DNA from: a virus
Lineage: Duplodnaviria; Caudoviricetes
DNA: 64,000 nt
Virus record (IMG/VR): IMGVR_UViG_3300028410_000746
Strand: one strand, 5' to 3'
Below, in pieces: positions 1 to 8,190 of this stretch (position 1 is the first letter of the stretch; each line of letters opens with the position of its first letter). The notes under the pieces were generated by a model. The model saw only the letters and a list, made by a program, of their open reading frames with translations, was not told the origin of the DNA and made no database searches. The position numbers were made by a program, and so were the translations under genes.

Positions 1-1858
1 CACTAACCGCACCCACATCCGTGCGGGTCCCATCATCCAACGTATAGGTGAAGCTGGTCGTACCTGCGAAGCCCGCAGGAGCCGTATACGTGATCGTGTC
101 ATCCACGTTGAGCACCGCCGCGCCTTCCCCAACAGGGGGCTGCGTGATCGCGCTCACCGAGAGCGGGTCCGGGAACGGGGTCGTATCGTTCCCCAGGACG
201 CCAAACGTCACTGAACCTTCAAATGGACACACGGCCGAGTCCGAGATCGCCTCGAACTGGATCACCTTGACCGTGATGATGATCGTCCCGTCTCCAAGCA
301 GCCCATCCTCGTCCTGGACTTGGTAGACAAACGTATCGGTACCCAGGAAGCCCGGAGCCGGCGTGTACTGGACTTGATTGCCTACCACGACGGCTGACCC
401 ACCTTCGGGCGTGGGCGTCTGCACATCGACCACAGTGAGCGTCTGAGAGGGCGGGTCCGGACGGTCATTGGACTGAGGGGAGAAGGTAACAGTCGTATCC
501 GGCGAAATGGTCCTACGGTCCGTGGCAGTCTGGATTGGCTTCTTGGCCGCCACGGAGACCGTCACCACCGCTTGCGAGAGGGCGCCAGAGCCGTTGGTGA
601 TCTCGTAGGTGAACGTGTCGTCCGCGTCCTGGAAAGTGTCATCAGGCGTATAGAGGAACGATGCCGACTCTCCGCTGCCTTGAAGCGCCACGGTACCATT
701 GGCAGGCTGCGTGAATGAGTTGATGGACCCCAGGCCACCCGGAGGAAACGAATCGTTCGACAGGACGTTCAACGTCCTCGGCTGTCTGTAACCCGTGCCG
801 AAGAAGTCACTGAAGGCGTTGAGGTCCGGGACCGGATCGACGTTGATCGTGGGGAACGCGCGCGAGCGGTTTGCCTGTCCATCGGTGACGAAACCCACCG
901 GCGAATACACGCCCGTCTCCAGGTACTGGACGACCGTGGTGTTGGACGCCTGAGGTCCAACAGAGGGCGTGAACCCGTCCGGACTGAACGAGTACGTCAA
1001 GGGGTCCTCGTCCGGATCGGTCGCGGAGAGCACGAACGTCACCGACTCCCCCTCAAAAATGTTGACCGTCCCCGAGTTGAACCCATTCGCCGTGGAAGAC
1101 GAGATCACCGGAGCGGAGTTGGCGTCGTTGTTAAAATCGGTACGCTGGCCCGCGTCGATGTCGATCCCATCTCCGTAGAGTGCGACCTCATCAATCACCC
1201 CGTCGAAGCGCTGGCCGTTGTTGTAGGCACCGATCTGGACGTTCTCCGTCCCAAGAGCCGGCGCGGGCACGTTGGCCACCAAGTCTCCGCGTACGCCGTT
1301 GAGGAACACTGCGTTGGTCGTGCCGTCCCAGTTCGCCAAGATGTAGACGAACTCACCCGGCGAGATCACCGAAGGGCTCGTCGCGATCTTGGCCGACGCA
1401 GAGTCGTTGTACCAAAACTTGATCCGGCCGTCCGGGAGAAGAGAGAGCTGGAAATTGTTCGTGCCCACATTAGTGCCGCGAGACACGAGGACCTCCTCGG
1501 AGGCCGGCAAGGCGTCTACCTTGATCCAGCAGTCCACCGCAAACTGCGTGAACGCTTGGTTCAACGCTGCGTTGGAGGTCACCGTGATGAAGCCATCCAC
1601 CCCGTCCAGCTCGATGGCCGTATCACGCGCGTCGCGCGTCAGCGGGCTAGCCACCCCCCGAGTGATCCCGGTAGAAGTGAGCGTCCCATTGGTCCCATTG
1701 GTCGACGTATCAAACGCAGTCAGCCCTGCCGACTCCTGGAACCTCAGGTACATCAAAGGGTTCTGCCGCAACACAAACGAAGCGTAGTTGAGCCCACCCG
1801 GCACGAGCCGGTTGAAGTCAAAGATCAGGTTTGGGTTGAGGTTGTTGAAATCTGCCAT
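1..1858 (-). CDS. LamG (concanavalin-like) plus tandem Ig/cadherin-like (Big_9-type) repeat protein, probably virion surface; runs off the window edge
   Basis: Not in ORF track; translated from ATG at 1858: MADFNNLNPN...FAVDCWIK...FDGVIDEVALY, then repeats like VLSND...FTQPANGTV...FLYTP...DTFTYEI; no stop before position 1. Confidence 0.85.
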   Translation of the reverse strand, partial: MADFNNLNPNLIFDFNRLVPGGLNYASFVLRQNPLMYLRFQESAGLTAFDTSTNGTNGTLTSTGITRGVASPLTRDARDTAIELDGVDGFITVTSNAALNQAFTQFAVDCWIKVDALPASEEVLVSRGTNVGTNNFQLSLLPDGRIKFWYNDSASAKIATSPSVISPGEFVYILANWDGTTNAVFLNGVRGDLVANVPAPALGTENVQIGAYNNGQRFDGVIDEVALYGDGIDIDAGQRTDFNNDANSAPVISSSTANGFNSGTVNIFEGESVTFVLSATDPDEDPLTYSFSPDGFTPSVGPQASNTTVVQYLETGVYSPVGFVTDGQANRSRAFPTINVDPVPDLNAFSDFFGTGYRQPRTLNVLSNDSFPPGGLGSINSFTQPANGTVALQGSGESASFLYTPDDTFQDADDTFTYEITNGSGALSQAVVTVSVAAKKPIQTATDRRTISPDTTVTFSPQSNDRPDPPSQTLTVVDVQTPTPEGGSAVVVGNQVQYTPAPGFLGTDTFVYQVQDEDGLLGDGTIIITVKVIQFEAISDSAVCPFEGSVTFGVLGNDTTPFPDPLSVSAITQPPVGEGAAVLNVDDTITYTAPAGFAGTTSFTYTLDDGTRTDVGAVS

Positions 1859-1902
1859 GAGACCCGCCGCGAGAGTGCTTGAACACTCCCGCTATAGACA
1901 GA

Positions 1903-2397
1903 CTACCAAAGGCCCGCGACCAGCGCACCAACAGAGGCCACCACGAAGGCCATGCCTCCGACACGGTAGATCCACGGGCTCGTCCCCGAAGCCTCCGCCG
2001 CCTTGCGCAGATCCGTCTTGGGGTGCAGGCCCAGCGAGTTGGTGAACATGTCCACGACGCCTCCCCCCCACAGCACCACCCACGCCAGAAGGACCCAGCC
2101 ACCCCAACCCCACCACGCAGCCAAAGGCATCAGCGTTAGGGCTACCAAGCTCGGAAGACGTGGTGCCATCGAGATCCAGAACTCCTCTCGGGGCTCCGGA
2201 GACCTCACCATGTAGTAGGAGACGCTCGCCCAACGGATGCCTCCCTCGTAGCGGCGAGGCCATGGGTTGATCGTGTAGCGCAGAACGCCGACCAGACGGT
2301 CCGCCATCCACACGTGGGAATGCTCATGAAGCTGCACCCAGATCACATGAGTCAGAGGGATGAGGTAGAGCAGGTGCAGGTAGGTCCAGGGGGACAT
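1903..2397 (-). CDS. Membrane zinc metalloprotease-like protein (M50/site-2-like)
   Basis: HExxH (LHEHSH) within a hydrophobic N-terminus; several TM-like segments; ends TAG. Confidence 0.55.
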   Translation of the reverse strand: MSPWTYLHLLYLIPLTHVIWVQLHEHSHVWMADRLVGVLRYTINPWPRRYEGGIRWASVSYYMVRSPEPREEFWISMAPRLPSLVALTLMPLAAWWGWGGWVLLAWVVLWGGGVVDMFTNSLGLHPKTDLRKAAEASGTSPWIYRVGGMAFVVASVGALVAGLW

Positions 2398-2455
2398 GAG
2401 ACGCCTCGCGTGTCAGGTAGTGTGGACCACCTGACATACAAGGACGATATCCACA

Positions 2456-2956
2456 TCAGAGACGGCAGACCTGCCACTCCCGCGAGGAGGCCTCGAAGAT
2501 GTCCTGAACGAAACCGGAAGGCTTGACGCTCCAGTCAGGATCACTCTCGGACCAGCACAGGCCTCCCAGGCCACACCCCACCGGGACCGTAACGTAGTAG
2601 TCGTAAGCCACGTAACCCTCCAGCTCTCGCACCACCTTCTCCACCGCGTCGTAGTCGGCATAGGCGTGCCCTGGCATGGTCCGACGGCCGTAGTCGAGCT
2701 GCGTGATTGCGTTGACCACCGACAGCTCGGGCGACATGTGCACGATCTGGTGTGTCCCGAGAATGAGCGGCCGGGGTACCGTAGCACAGTGCCGGAGGTA
2801 CGCGTGAAACGCAGCCGGCCACCGCTGCTTAACCACGCGCGCGACGCCCGCGCCCATGACCCCCCGAGAGTTGCAGCCGTGTAGGAAGAGGACGCGCCCG
2901 TTGAGGCCTTCCAGGAAGGCGAAGGCGTCTGTCTTGTCGTGCATCGTGACGGACAT
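2456..2956 (-). CDS. Macro domain ADP-ribosyl hydrolase (TARG1/Poa1p-like)
   Basis: LHGCNSRGVMGAGVA, VVNAITQ and VPVGCGLGGLCW motifs. Confidence 0.85.
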   Translation of the reverse strand: MSVTMHDKTDAFAFLEGLNGRVLFLHGCNSRGVMGAGVARVVKQRWPAAFHAYLRHCATVPRPLILGTHQIVHMSPELSVVNAITQLDYGRRTMPGHAYADYDAVEKVVRELEGYVAYDYYVTVPVGCGLGGLCWSESDPDWSVKPSGFVQDIFEASSREWQVCRL

Positions 2957-2966
2957 CAGCCGTACC

Positions 2967-3476
2967 TCACTTGAGCTGCTTGAGGCGCTTCACCAGGGAC
3001 CCGTAAGACCCCCAAAGCTCCCTGGACGCGACGTAGAAATCGGTCTCGAAGCCCCGAACGTGGTCGTAGCGACGTTCCCGCTCCCACTTGGGTTGAGTGC
3101 CGGCCGGCAGCACCATCACACTGTGGGTGACCTGACTGACGCATATCACTCCCACGGGGCGAGGCTCCTTTGCATCCCACCCGCTGACCGTATCCACGAA
3201 CACGTCGTCGTAAGGGAAGTCTGCGGGAGACTTGAACTTGACACGACGAGACTTGACCTCAAAGACCAGCTCTCGTCCGGACCCCACCTCCACCACCACG
3301 TCCGAATCCTGGAGGTACTGGTGCGCCTGAGAGACGTGATCTCGAAGAGTCTGCTTGGGGCACGAGGCCTTGAGACCGTCTCGTGTGAGCAAGCCCACCA
3401 CGTAACGCTCCCACTTGTGGCCCTCAGCACACTCGCGCAAGAACAACGCGTCGTTCTGGAACCAGTCCGTGGTCAT
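2967..3476 (-). CDS. PD-(D/E)XK nuclease-fold protein
   Basis: E...SDVVVE...VFEVKSR catalytic pattern. Confidence 0.65.
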   Translation of the reverse strand: MTTDWFQNDALFLRECAEGHKWERYVVGLLTRDGLKASCPKQTLRDHVSQAHQYLQDSDVVVEVGSGRELVFEVKSRRVKFKSPADFPYDDVFVDTVSGWDAKEPRPVGVICVSQVTHSVMVLPAGTQPKWERERRYDHVRGFETDFYVASRELWGSYGSLVKRLKQLK

Positions 3477-3835
3477 GACGCCTCCGAAGGCTCCTCGATA
3501 CCCAGAAGTTCTCCTTCGCGAACAAGGAAGAACTCCTGACCTTCCGACTTCACCACGGTCGCGCTACGCGGACGGAAGAGGACGCGATCACCAACACGTA
3601 CGCGAAGGGGGATACACTCCATCTGACGAGGACCGCCCACCAAGTGACCGTTGTGTTCGATCGACGGACCGTCCACCGCGCGGTCGGTACGGTAGCCTTC
3701 CCCCACCGCGACCACATTCGAGTACCGAGCCTCGTTGGGGTCGTCTGTGGTGGAAAGGACGAGCCCCGAAGCGGTCGTCTTGGGGGCCTCTTCTTTACGG
3801 AGGAGGATCAGGTCATACAGAGGTCGAAAAGCCAT
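3473..3835 (-). CDS. groES: Co-chaperonin GroES with extended roof loop
   Basis: MAFRPLYDLILL, TTASGLVL, VVAVGEG, VRVGDRVLF, VREGELLG. Confidence 0.92.
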   Translation of the reverse strand: MAFRPLYDLILLRKEEAPKTTASGLVLSTTDDPNEARYSNVVAVGEGYRTDRAVDGPSIEHNGHLVGGPRQMECIPLRVRVGDRVLFRPRSATVVKSEGQEFFLVREGELLGIEEPSEAS

Positions 3836-3896
3836 AGCGGTATCCTTTTGATGATTGCACCGGGATTGTAACACCAAGAAGCGCGAACAGTAAATC

Positions 3897-4196
3897 TCAA
3901 TTTAGCGACGCACTCCGAAGCTCAACCTCCGAGTCGCACAGCGTCGCCGTACCGCTGTGGTCAAACCTCACCGTCGGAAAGACGGCCCCATCCGCATACC
4001 GATCAACCGACACCACCCAGCCCTCATCGCCAGCGCGACAGTGAACCCACCCAGGCTCTCCGGGAACCGCCTCCAGGAGAGACTCTCGGTCCCCCTCTAC
4101 CAGGGTCTGCGTTGCCGCCACTCGCTGTCCTACTTTCCAACACATACTCTCTCCGCTATACGACCTCAACTCACGTCGAGTCCGGTTTGGTTTCAA
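3897..4196 (-). CDS. Hypothetical protein
   Basis: ORF in minus-strand cluster; overlaps upstream gene stop. Confidence 0.55.
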   Translation of the reverse strand: MKPNRTRRELRSYSGESMCWKVGQRVAATQTLVEGDRESLLEAVPGEPGWVHCRAGDEGWVVSVDRYADGAVFPTVRFDHSGTATLCDSEVELRSASLN

Positions 4197-4459
4197 TTGA
4201 ACTGAACGTGTAGGCCCGCACTACCCGAGACCCCATAGGCCTTGGCGAAGGGCTGCCACACCGTCTTTATCCAGGTCTCGACATTCGGGAAGTGAACCTG
4301 GGGATTGTACGGACTCACCTTGAAGGGCTTATGACCCAGGCAGAGATAGTTAACATTCTCCCTGTCATTCTGGAGTAGGACGAGATGTATCCCCGGATGG
4401 GCCTCGGGGTCAATCTCAGCATCGCTCCACTGAAGCTCTTGCCACACCTCCAATCTCAT
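4193..4459 (-). CDS. Hypothetical protein
   Basis: ATG ORF just downstream of a terminator/promoter junction. Confidence 0.6.
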   Translation of the reverse strand: MRLEVWQELQWSDAEIDPEAHPGIHLVLLQNDRENVNYLCLGHKPFKVSPYNPQVHFPNVETWIKTVWQPFAKAYGVSGSAGLHVQFN

Positions 4460-4478
4460 GAGTCACTGAACGCAAGAA

Positions 4479-4502
4479 GCCTACCTCAATGGGGAGGCAG
4501 GC
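4479..4502 (-). terminator. Intrinsic terminator-like hairpin
   Basis: GCCTGCCTC-CCCATT-GAGGTAGGC followed by TTCTT on minus strand. Confidence 0.55.
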
Positions 4503-4531
4503 GTCAAGCGAAAGCGTGCTGAAACTGCAAG

Positions 4532-4999
4532 TCAGTCGATGTCGGCTTCTTTGAGCAAGGGGAGGAGGTCCGCGCGAAGTTCCGGCTTGGTGTACGCCAA
4601 CTTCACCAGGGCGGCCCGCAGATTGCTCTCAGAGGCACGCACGAAGCGTCGGTTGAGGTCACGCATCTGCGCAATCGAGGGGTCCTTGATGTAGTAAAGC
4701 TTGCCCTTGCCGTCCCTGAAGTACAGGTTCTCTTCACCCTGCTCCTGATAGCGAAAGGGGCCACGCATACGGTCCAGCTCCGAAGGGTCCTCAATGGCCT
4801 CAGGCCGCGCGTCTCGCTCCACGAAGAGCCTTCGCAGGATGCGCATCTGAGCATCCGAAGGCTCCTTGATGAAGTAACGCTGACCGCTGCGGTCGGTGAA
4901 GTAGGTGTTCTCTTCACCCTGACTCTCAATCCGGAAAGGCTTCCAGGACATGTCCAGCTCAGAGGGGTCTTCGATTTGGATCAGTTTGCTACGCGGCAT
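4532..4999 (-). CDS. Hypothetical protein with an internally duplicated ~60-aa domain
   Basis: Two copies of IEDPSELD..PFR....GEEN.YF.D..G..Y.IK.PS.AQMR.L.R.FV; C-terminal LRAALVKLAYTKPELRADLLPLLK. Confidence 0.8.
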   Translation of the reverse strand: MPRSKLIQIEDPSELDMSWKPFRIESQGEENTYFTDRSGQRYFIKEPSDAQMRILRRLFVERDARPEAIEDPSELDRMRGPFRYQEQGEENLYFRDGKGKLYYIKDPSIAQMRDLNRRFVRASESNLRAALVKLAYTKPELRADLLPLLKEADID

Positions 5000-5079
5000 G
5001 AGAGCACCTCTATCTTGGATGTGTTGACGGGTTACATGGGGGGGCCCTATATCAACGTATTATCATCCCTCGAACGAAA

Positions 5080-5109
5080 GACGCCTACCCCAAAGATGAG
5101 GTAGGCGTC
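5080..5109 (-). terminator. Terminator hairpin after the tRNA-His/Cys pair
   Basis: Perfect 10-bp inverted repeat GACGCCTACC/GGTAGGCGTC followed by TTTCGTT. Confidence 0.7.
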
Positions 5110-5112
5110 CAG

Positions 5113-5187
5113 GGCGACTGACGGGACTTGAACCCGCGACTTCCGGTGTCACAGACTGGCGCTCTAACCAACTGAGCTACAGCCGCC
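5113..5187 (-). tRNA. tRNA-His(GTG)
   Basis: Cloverleaf GCGGCTG/CAGTCGC, loop CT-GTG-AC, G-1 and C73; one A-C mismatch in anticodon stem; no encoded CCA. Confidence 0.92.
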
Positions 5188-5208
5188 ATGATCTCCCCCG
5201 AGGGAGAG

Positions 5209-5281
5209 AGGTAAGAGTGGGAGTCGAACCCACTGCGACTCGTGTTGCAGACGAGCGCCCCGCCACCAGGGCCTTCTTACC
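5209..5281 (-). tRNA. tRNA-Cys(GCA)
   Basis: GGTAAGA/TCTTACC acceptor, CTCGT-CTGCAAC-ACGAG, U73. Confidence 0.9.
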
Positions 5282-5385
5282 GAACATCACCACCGGGACT
5301 CGAACTCGGATCTACACTGGAGGACGACGGCGACATCACGAACCCCAACCGCTGCCGGTTGAGAGGCTATTCCACGTCAGGAGTA

Positions 5386-5414
5386 TTTACCCTCGTCAAC
5401 CTCTGTGGTACAAA
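5386..5414 (+). promoter_or_regulatory. Sigma70-type promoter
   Basis: TTTACC-N17(ending TGTGG)-TACAAA ahead of ORF 5448. Confidence 0.6.
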
Positions 5415-5447
5415 GAAGCTTCAACCAAACTCTAAAGCAGAGCGGAC

Positions 5448-5948
5448 ATGGGCCAATATTACCGACCAGTCATCCTGAATGCTGACGATGAGGTTACCGC
5501 CTGGGTGCGGTGCTACGACTACCAGAACGGCGCCAAGCTCATGGAGCATAGCTACCTCGGCAACAACTTCGTGATGGCCGTGGACATGCTCCTGCTAGAG
5601 AACGCTCAACGTCTCGTCTGGGCGGGCGACTACGCCGAGGAAGACTACTACCTGCGGTGCACTGAAGAGTCTAAGAAGACACCTCTCGCAGGCGCGCGGC
5701 AGCCCCCTTACGTTATCAACCAGGACAAGAAGACGTACTTCAACCGCGATGAGGTCCGAAAAGACCTGGAAGGACACGTGCTGGACCCGCTCCCCCTGCT
5801 CACTGCTCTGGGGAACGGGAGAGGGGGCAGAGACTACCGAGGCGCCGATACCGAGGACGTGGGCATCTGGGCAGGTGACCGCATTCGAGTGAGCTTCACC
5901 AAGCCCTCCGAGGAGTACGCGCGGGATTATTTCTTCTTCGCTATGTGA
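5448..5948 (+). CDS. Conserved-type phage hypothetical protein
   Basis: MGQYY...AKLMEHSYLGN...LVWAGDYA; own promoter. Confidence 0.8.
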   Translation: MGQYYRPVILNADDEVTAWVRCYDYQNGAKLMEHSYLGNNFVMAVDMLLLENAQRLVWAGDYAEEDYYLRCTEESKKTPLAGARQPPYVINQDKKTYFNRDEVRKDLEGHVLDPLPLLTALGNGRGGRDYRGADTEDVGIWAGDRIRVSFTKPSEEYARDYFFFAM

Positions 5949-6240
5949 GAAGCGCGCTCTTGAGCTTGAGCCGGTCCGCGTACCACAGGACACGGACGTC
6001 TCCGATCACGCTCTCCAGCCTATGAGACTTGCAGTGCTCAGGTAACCCTACCTGAGCCCGCGTGATCGAGTGACGCTCAGAGTCTGAAAGCCGATAGAGG
6101 CCTCCCGAAGTCTCACCCTGAGCTGCGAGGGCGTCCCGAACATACGAGAGCCTTGAGAGCACCAGATCCTCAAGAGAGGTAAACGCACATTCGAGCTGCG
6201 GCCCGTGCGGACCTTCCCTACGCAACACCCAGACCTTCAC
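5941..6240 (-). CDS. Hypothetical protein
   Basis: ORF with RBS, convergent on 5448 gene. Confidence 0.6.
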   Translation of the reverse strand: MKVWVLRREGPHGPQLECAFTSLEDLVLSRLSYVRDALAAQGETSGGLYRLSDSERHSITRAQVGLPEHCKSHRLESVIGDVRVLWYADRLKLKSALLT

Positions 6241-6388
6241 TCCAGACCTCCGCCCTCATGCCACCGACCACACCGCACGCATATTTGATAGTACCGTACA
6301 GGGTGACGTGAGCCCGAACGTACAAGCGGCCTCATGCCAAAGGGCACCCACCAATGGAAGCCCAGACGACATCTCCAGGGTACCTTCG

Positions 6389-6769
6389 TCACGATGAATT
6401 TCCTCGCGCAGCCAAGTCCGCCTGCATTTGAGCGTGCTCAACGCGAACCTTCTGGACCGCTTCAGGCACATCGGTGGGGGGCACCTCACCGGGTGCATTC
6501 GGCAACAGGTACCACTGAGTGGCGTCATCCTGGGGAACCGAAGAGAACCCCCAAAACGATCCATGTCCGTCAGGCACGGCAGGGACATACCACCCCAAGC
6601 TTCCCCCTTCCTCCAGAGGAACACTCGAAGGCAAGAGATCACGCCCTACCTCATCATGCACGCACGCAACGCACCTGAGCATGTCATCTACCAAAAACAC
6701 GGCGGACTTTCGGTAGAGCTTACAGTCACATGCTCCACATAGACCGCACCGATACGGGTATTCACTCAC
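6389..6769 (-). CDS. Cys-rich hypothetical protein
   Basis: CGLCGACDCKLYR...LRCVAC; GWYVPAVP. Confidence 0.7.
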   Translation of the reverse strand: MSEYPYRCGLCGACDCKLYRKSAVFLVDDMLRCVACVHDEVGRDLLPSSVPLEEGGSLGWYVPAVPDGHGSFWGFSSVPQDDATQWYLLPNAPGEVPPTDVPEAVQKVRVEHAQMQADLAARGNSS

Positions 6770-6989
6770 TGTCAGTCTCCTCTAGATGCTTTTGAACTTC
6801 TGCCAACGTGGACGGAGCACGGCCCGTGTCCTCCATGTTGATCTCGTCAAGAGACGTCACCGTGCTCCCCAGGAGACGAGCGATCTCTTCCCACGTCACG
6901 GTGTGACCCTCGACCAGGAGGCGCCCGGTGTCGCCATCATAGACCGCCTCCCAATCGCCACTCTCCGCACACACGCGCACGAGGTTCAT
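6762..6989 (-). CDS. Hypothetical protein
   Basis: Acidic ORF overlapping the next start. Confidence 0.65.
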   Translation of the reverse strand: MNLVRVCAESGDWEAVYDGDTGRLLVEGHTVTWEEIARLLGSTVTSLDEINMEDTGRAPSTLAEVQKHLEETDSE

Positions 6990-7466
6990 AGGACCCCCTC
7001 TTGGTTACGGGTATAGGCCCCGTGTGCGAAGTACGAGGCCACCAGCAGCACGAGGCTACAAGGAATCAGCAGAATCAAACCTGCGGTGACCTCATCAATG
7101 AAGTAGTCAAGGCGGTGAAACGTTACAGCCTTGGATACCTCACCTGCACCCGAAAAGACCTGCTGGATATAGCCCACGGCGCGAACGCACACAGGTTATT
7201 GAGGAAAGGTTGCCCACGACGTGGGGGCTCAAAACCGCGAATCATACACCACCCTCGGACTGGACAGACTCCCACAGCGCCACACTTAGCACCGCAGGAG
7301 CTGCCATGCCCATGTAACATACCATAGACATCGCACCCCCGACAAGCGAGATGCCCATGGAGACGACATCTGAATACGGCCGAGGGAGGGGGCGCGATAC
7401 ACGCTCCGAGATGTGACCCGCCACCGTGCTTACGAGCTGACTCGGAAGGGGCGCCACGTGTGTCAA

Positions 7467-7983
7467 GGGGACATCCCCGCGTGTGCGGGGAGGGGTTGAC
7501 CGAGCACTGCTTCAGGTTGTCGATGTGGGGGACATCCCCGCGTACACGGGGAGGGGAAAACTTCTCCTGGGGGGTCTCTGCGGGCGCGGGGGACATCCCC
7601 GCGTGTGCGGGGAGGGGTTCCATCACTGCGCAGGAGCCGATGGCGGCGACGGGACATCCCCGCGTGTGCGGGGAGGGGTGCGCGACACAAGTCGTACATA
7701 AGCTCATTGCGGGGACATCCCCGCGTGTGCGGGGAGGGGTGACTCCGAGACCTCCGAGAGTGAGTCGCCGAGGGGACATCCCCGCGTGTGCGGGGAGGGG
7801 AAGCACGTCCGCGTCGGGCTGGTCAAAGCCAAGGGGACATCCCCGCGTGTGCGGGGAGGGGCCCGTCGTCTGGACCGCCGCTGACCTTATGGAGGGGACA
7901 TCCCCGCGTGTGCGGGGAGGGGAACTCATGGCGAGATGGTCTCCCAGGTCATACGGGGACATCCCCGCGTGTGCGGGGAGGGG
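7467..7983 (-). CRISPR. Type I-E-like CRISPR array: 9 repeats of 29 nt, 8 spacers of 32 nt, no cas genes in window
   Basis: GGGGACATCCCCGCGTGTGCGGGGAGGGG (+ strand) at 7467, 7528, 7589, 7650, 7711, 7772, 7833, 7894, 7955 (period 61); minus-sense hairpin CCCCGC-ACAC-GCGGGG; leader at the high-coordinate end. Confidence 0.98.
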
Positions 7984-8123
7984 TCTGTGCCAAGAAGTCA
8001 CATGCGTTAGATCGCGTAAGTATTCGGTTTTCAAAGACTTTCAGGGTTCAGTGTCAAAGAGCGTCACTCTTGGGCGACCCTCTTGACGTCCTTACGGTAA
8101 CCTTGGTGAGGGAGACATGTCAA
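7984..8123 (-). promoter_or_regulatory. CRISPR leader with promoter
   Basis: AT-richer 140 bp abutting repeat 9; TTGACA(8123-8118)-N18-TACCGT(8099-8094); IHF-like TTTCAAAGACTT; second copy at 12025-12164. Confidence 0.8.
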
Positions 8124-8130
8124 GCTGTAT

Positions 8131-8160
8131 TTGACACGACGGTATCCAGTACGCTATTAA
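8131..8160 (+). promoter_or_regulatory. Divergent promoter for ORF 8191
   Basis: TTGACA-N18-TATTAA. Confidence 0.6.
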
Positions 8161-8190
8161 CAGGGCACACCGTAACCAAGAGGCACCCCT

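Noticed and set aside
7242-7466. 74-aa ORF starting at the TTG abutting the last repeat
   Set aside because: No RBS, the start lies at the array edge and support is too weak
7496-7954. Self-targeting spacers within this window
   Set aside because: No match found by eye; only short chance overlaps. A computational search is still needed
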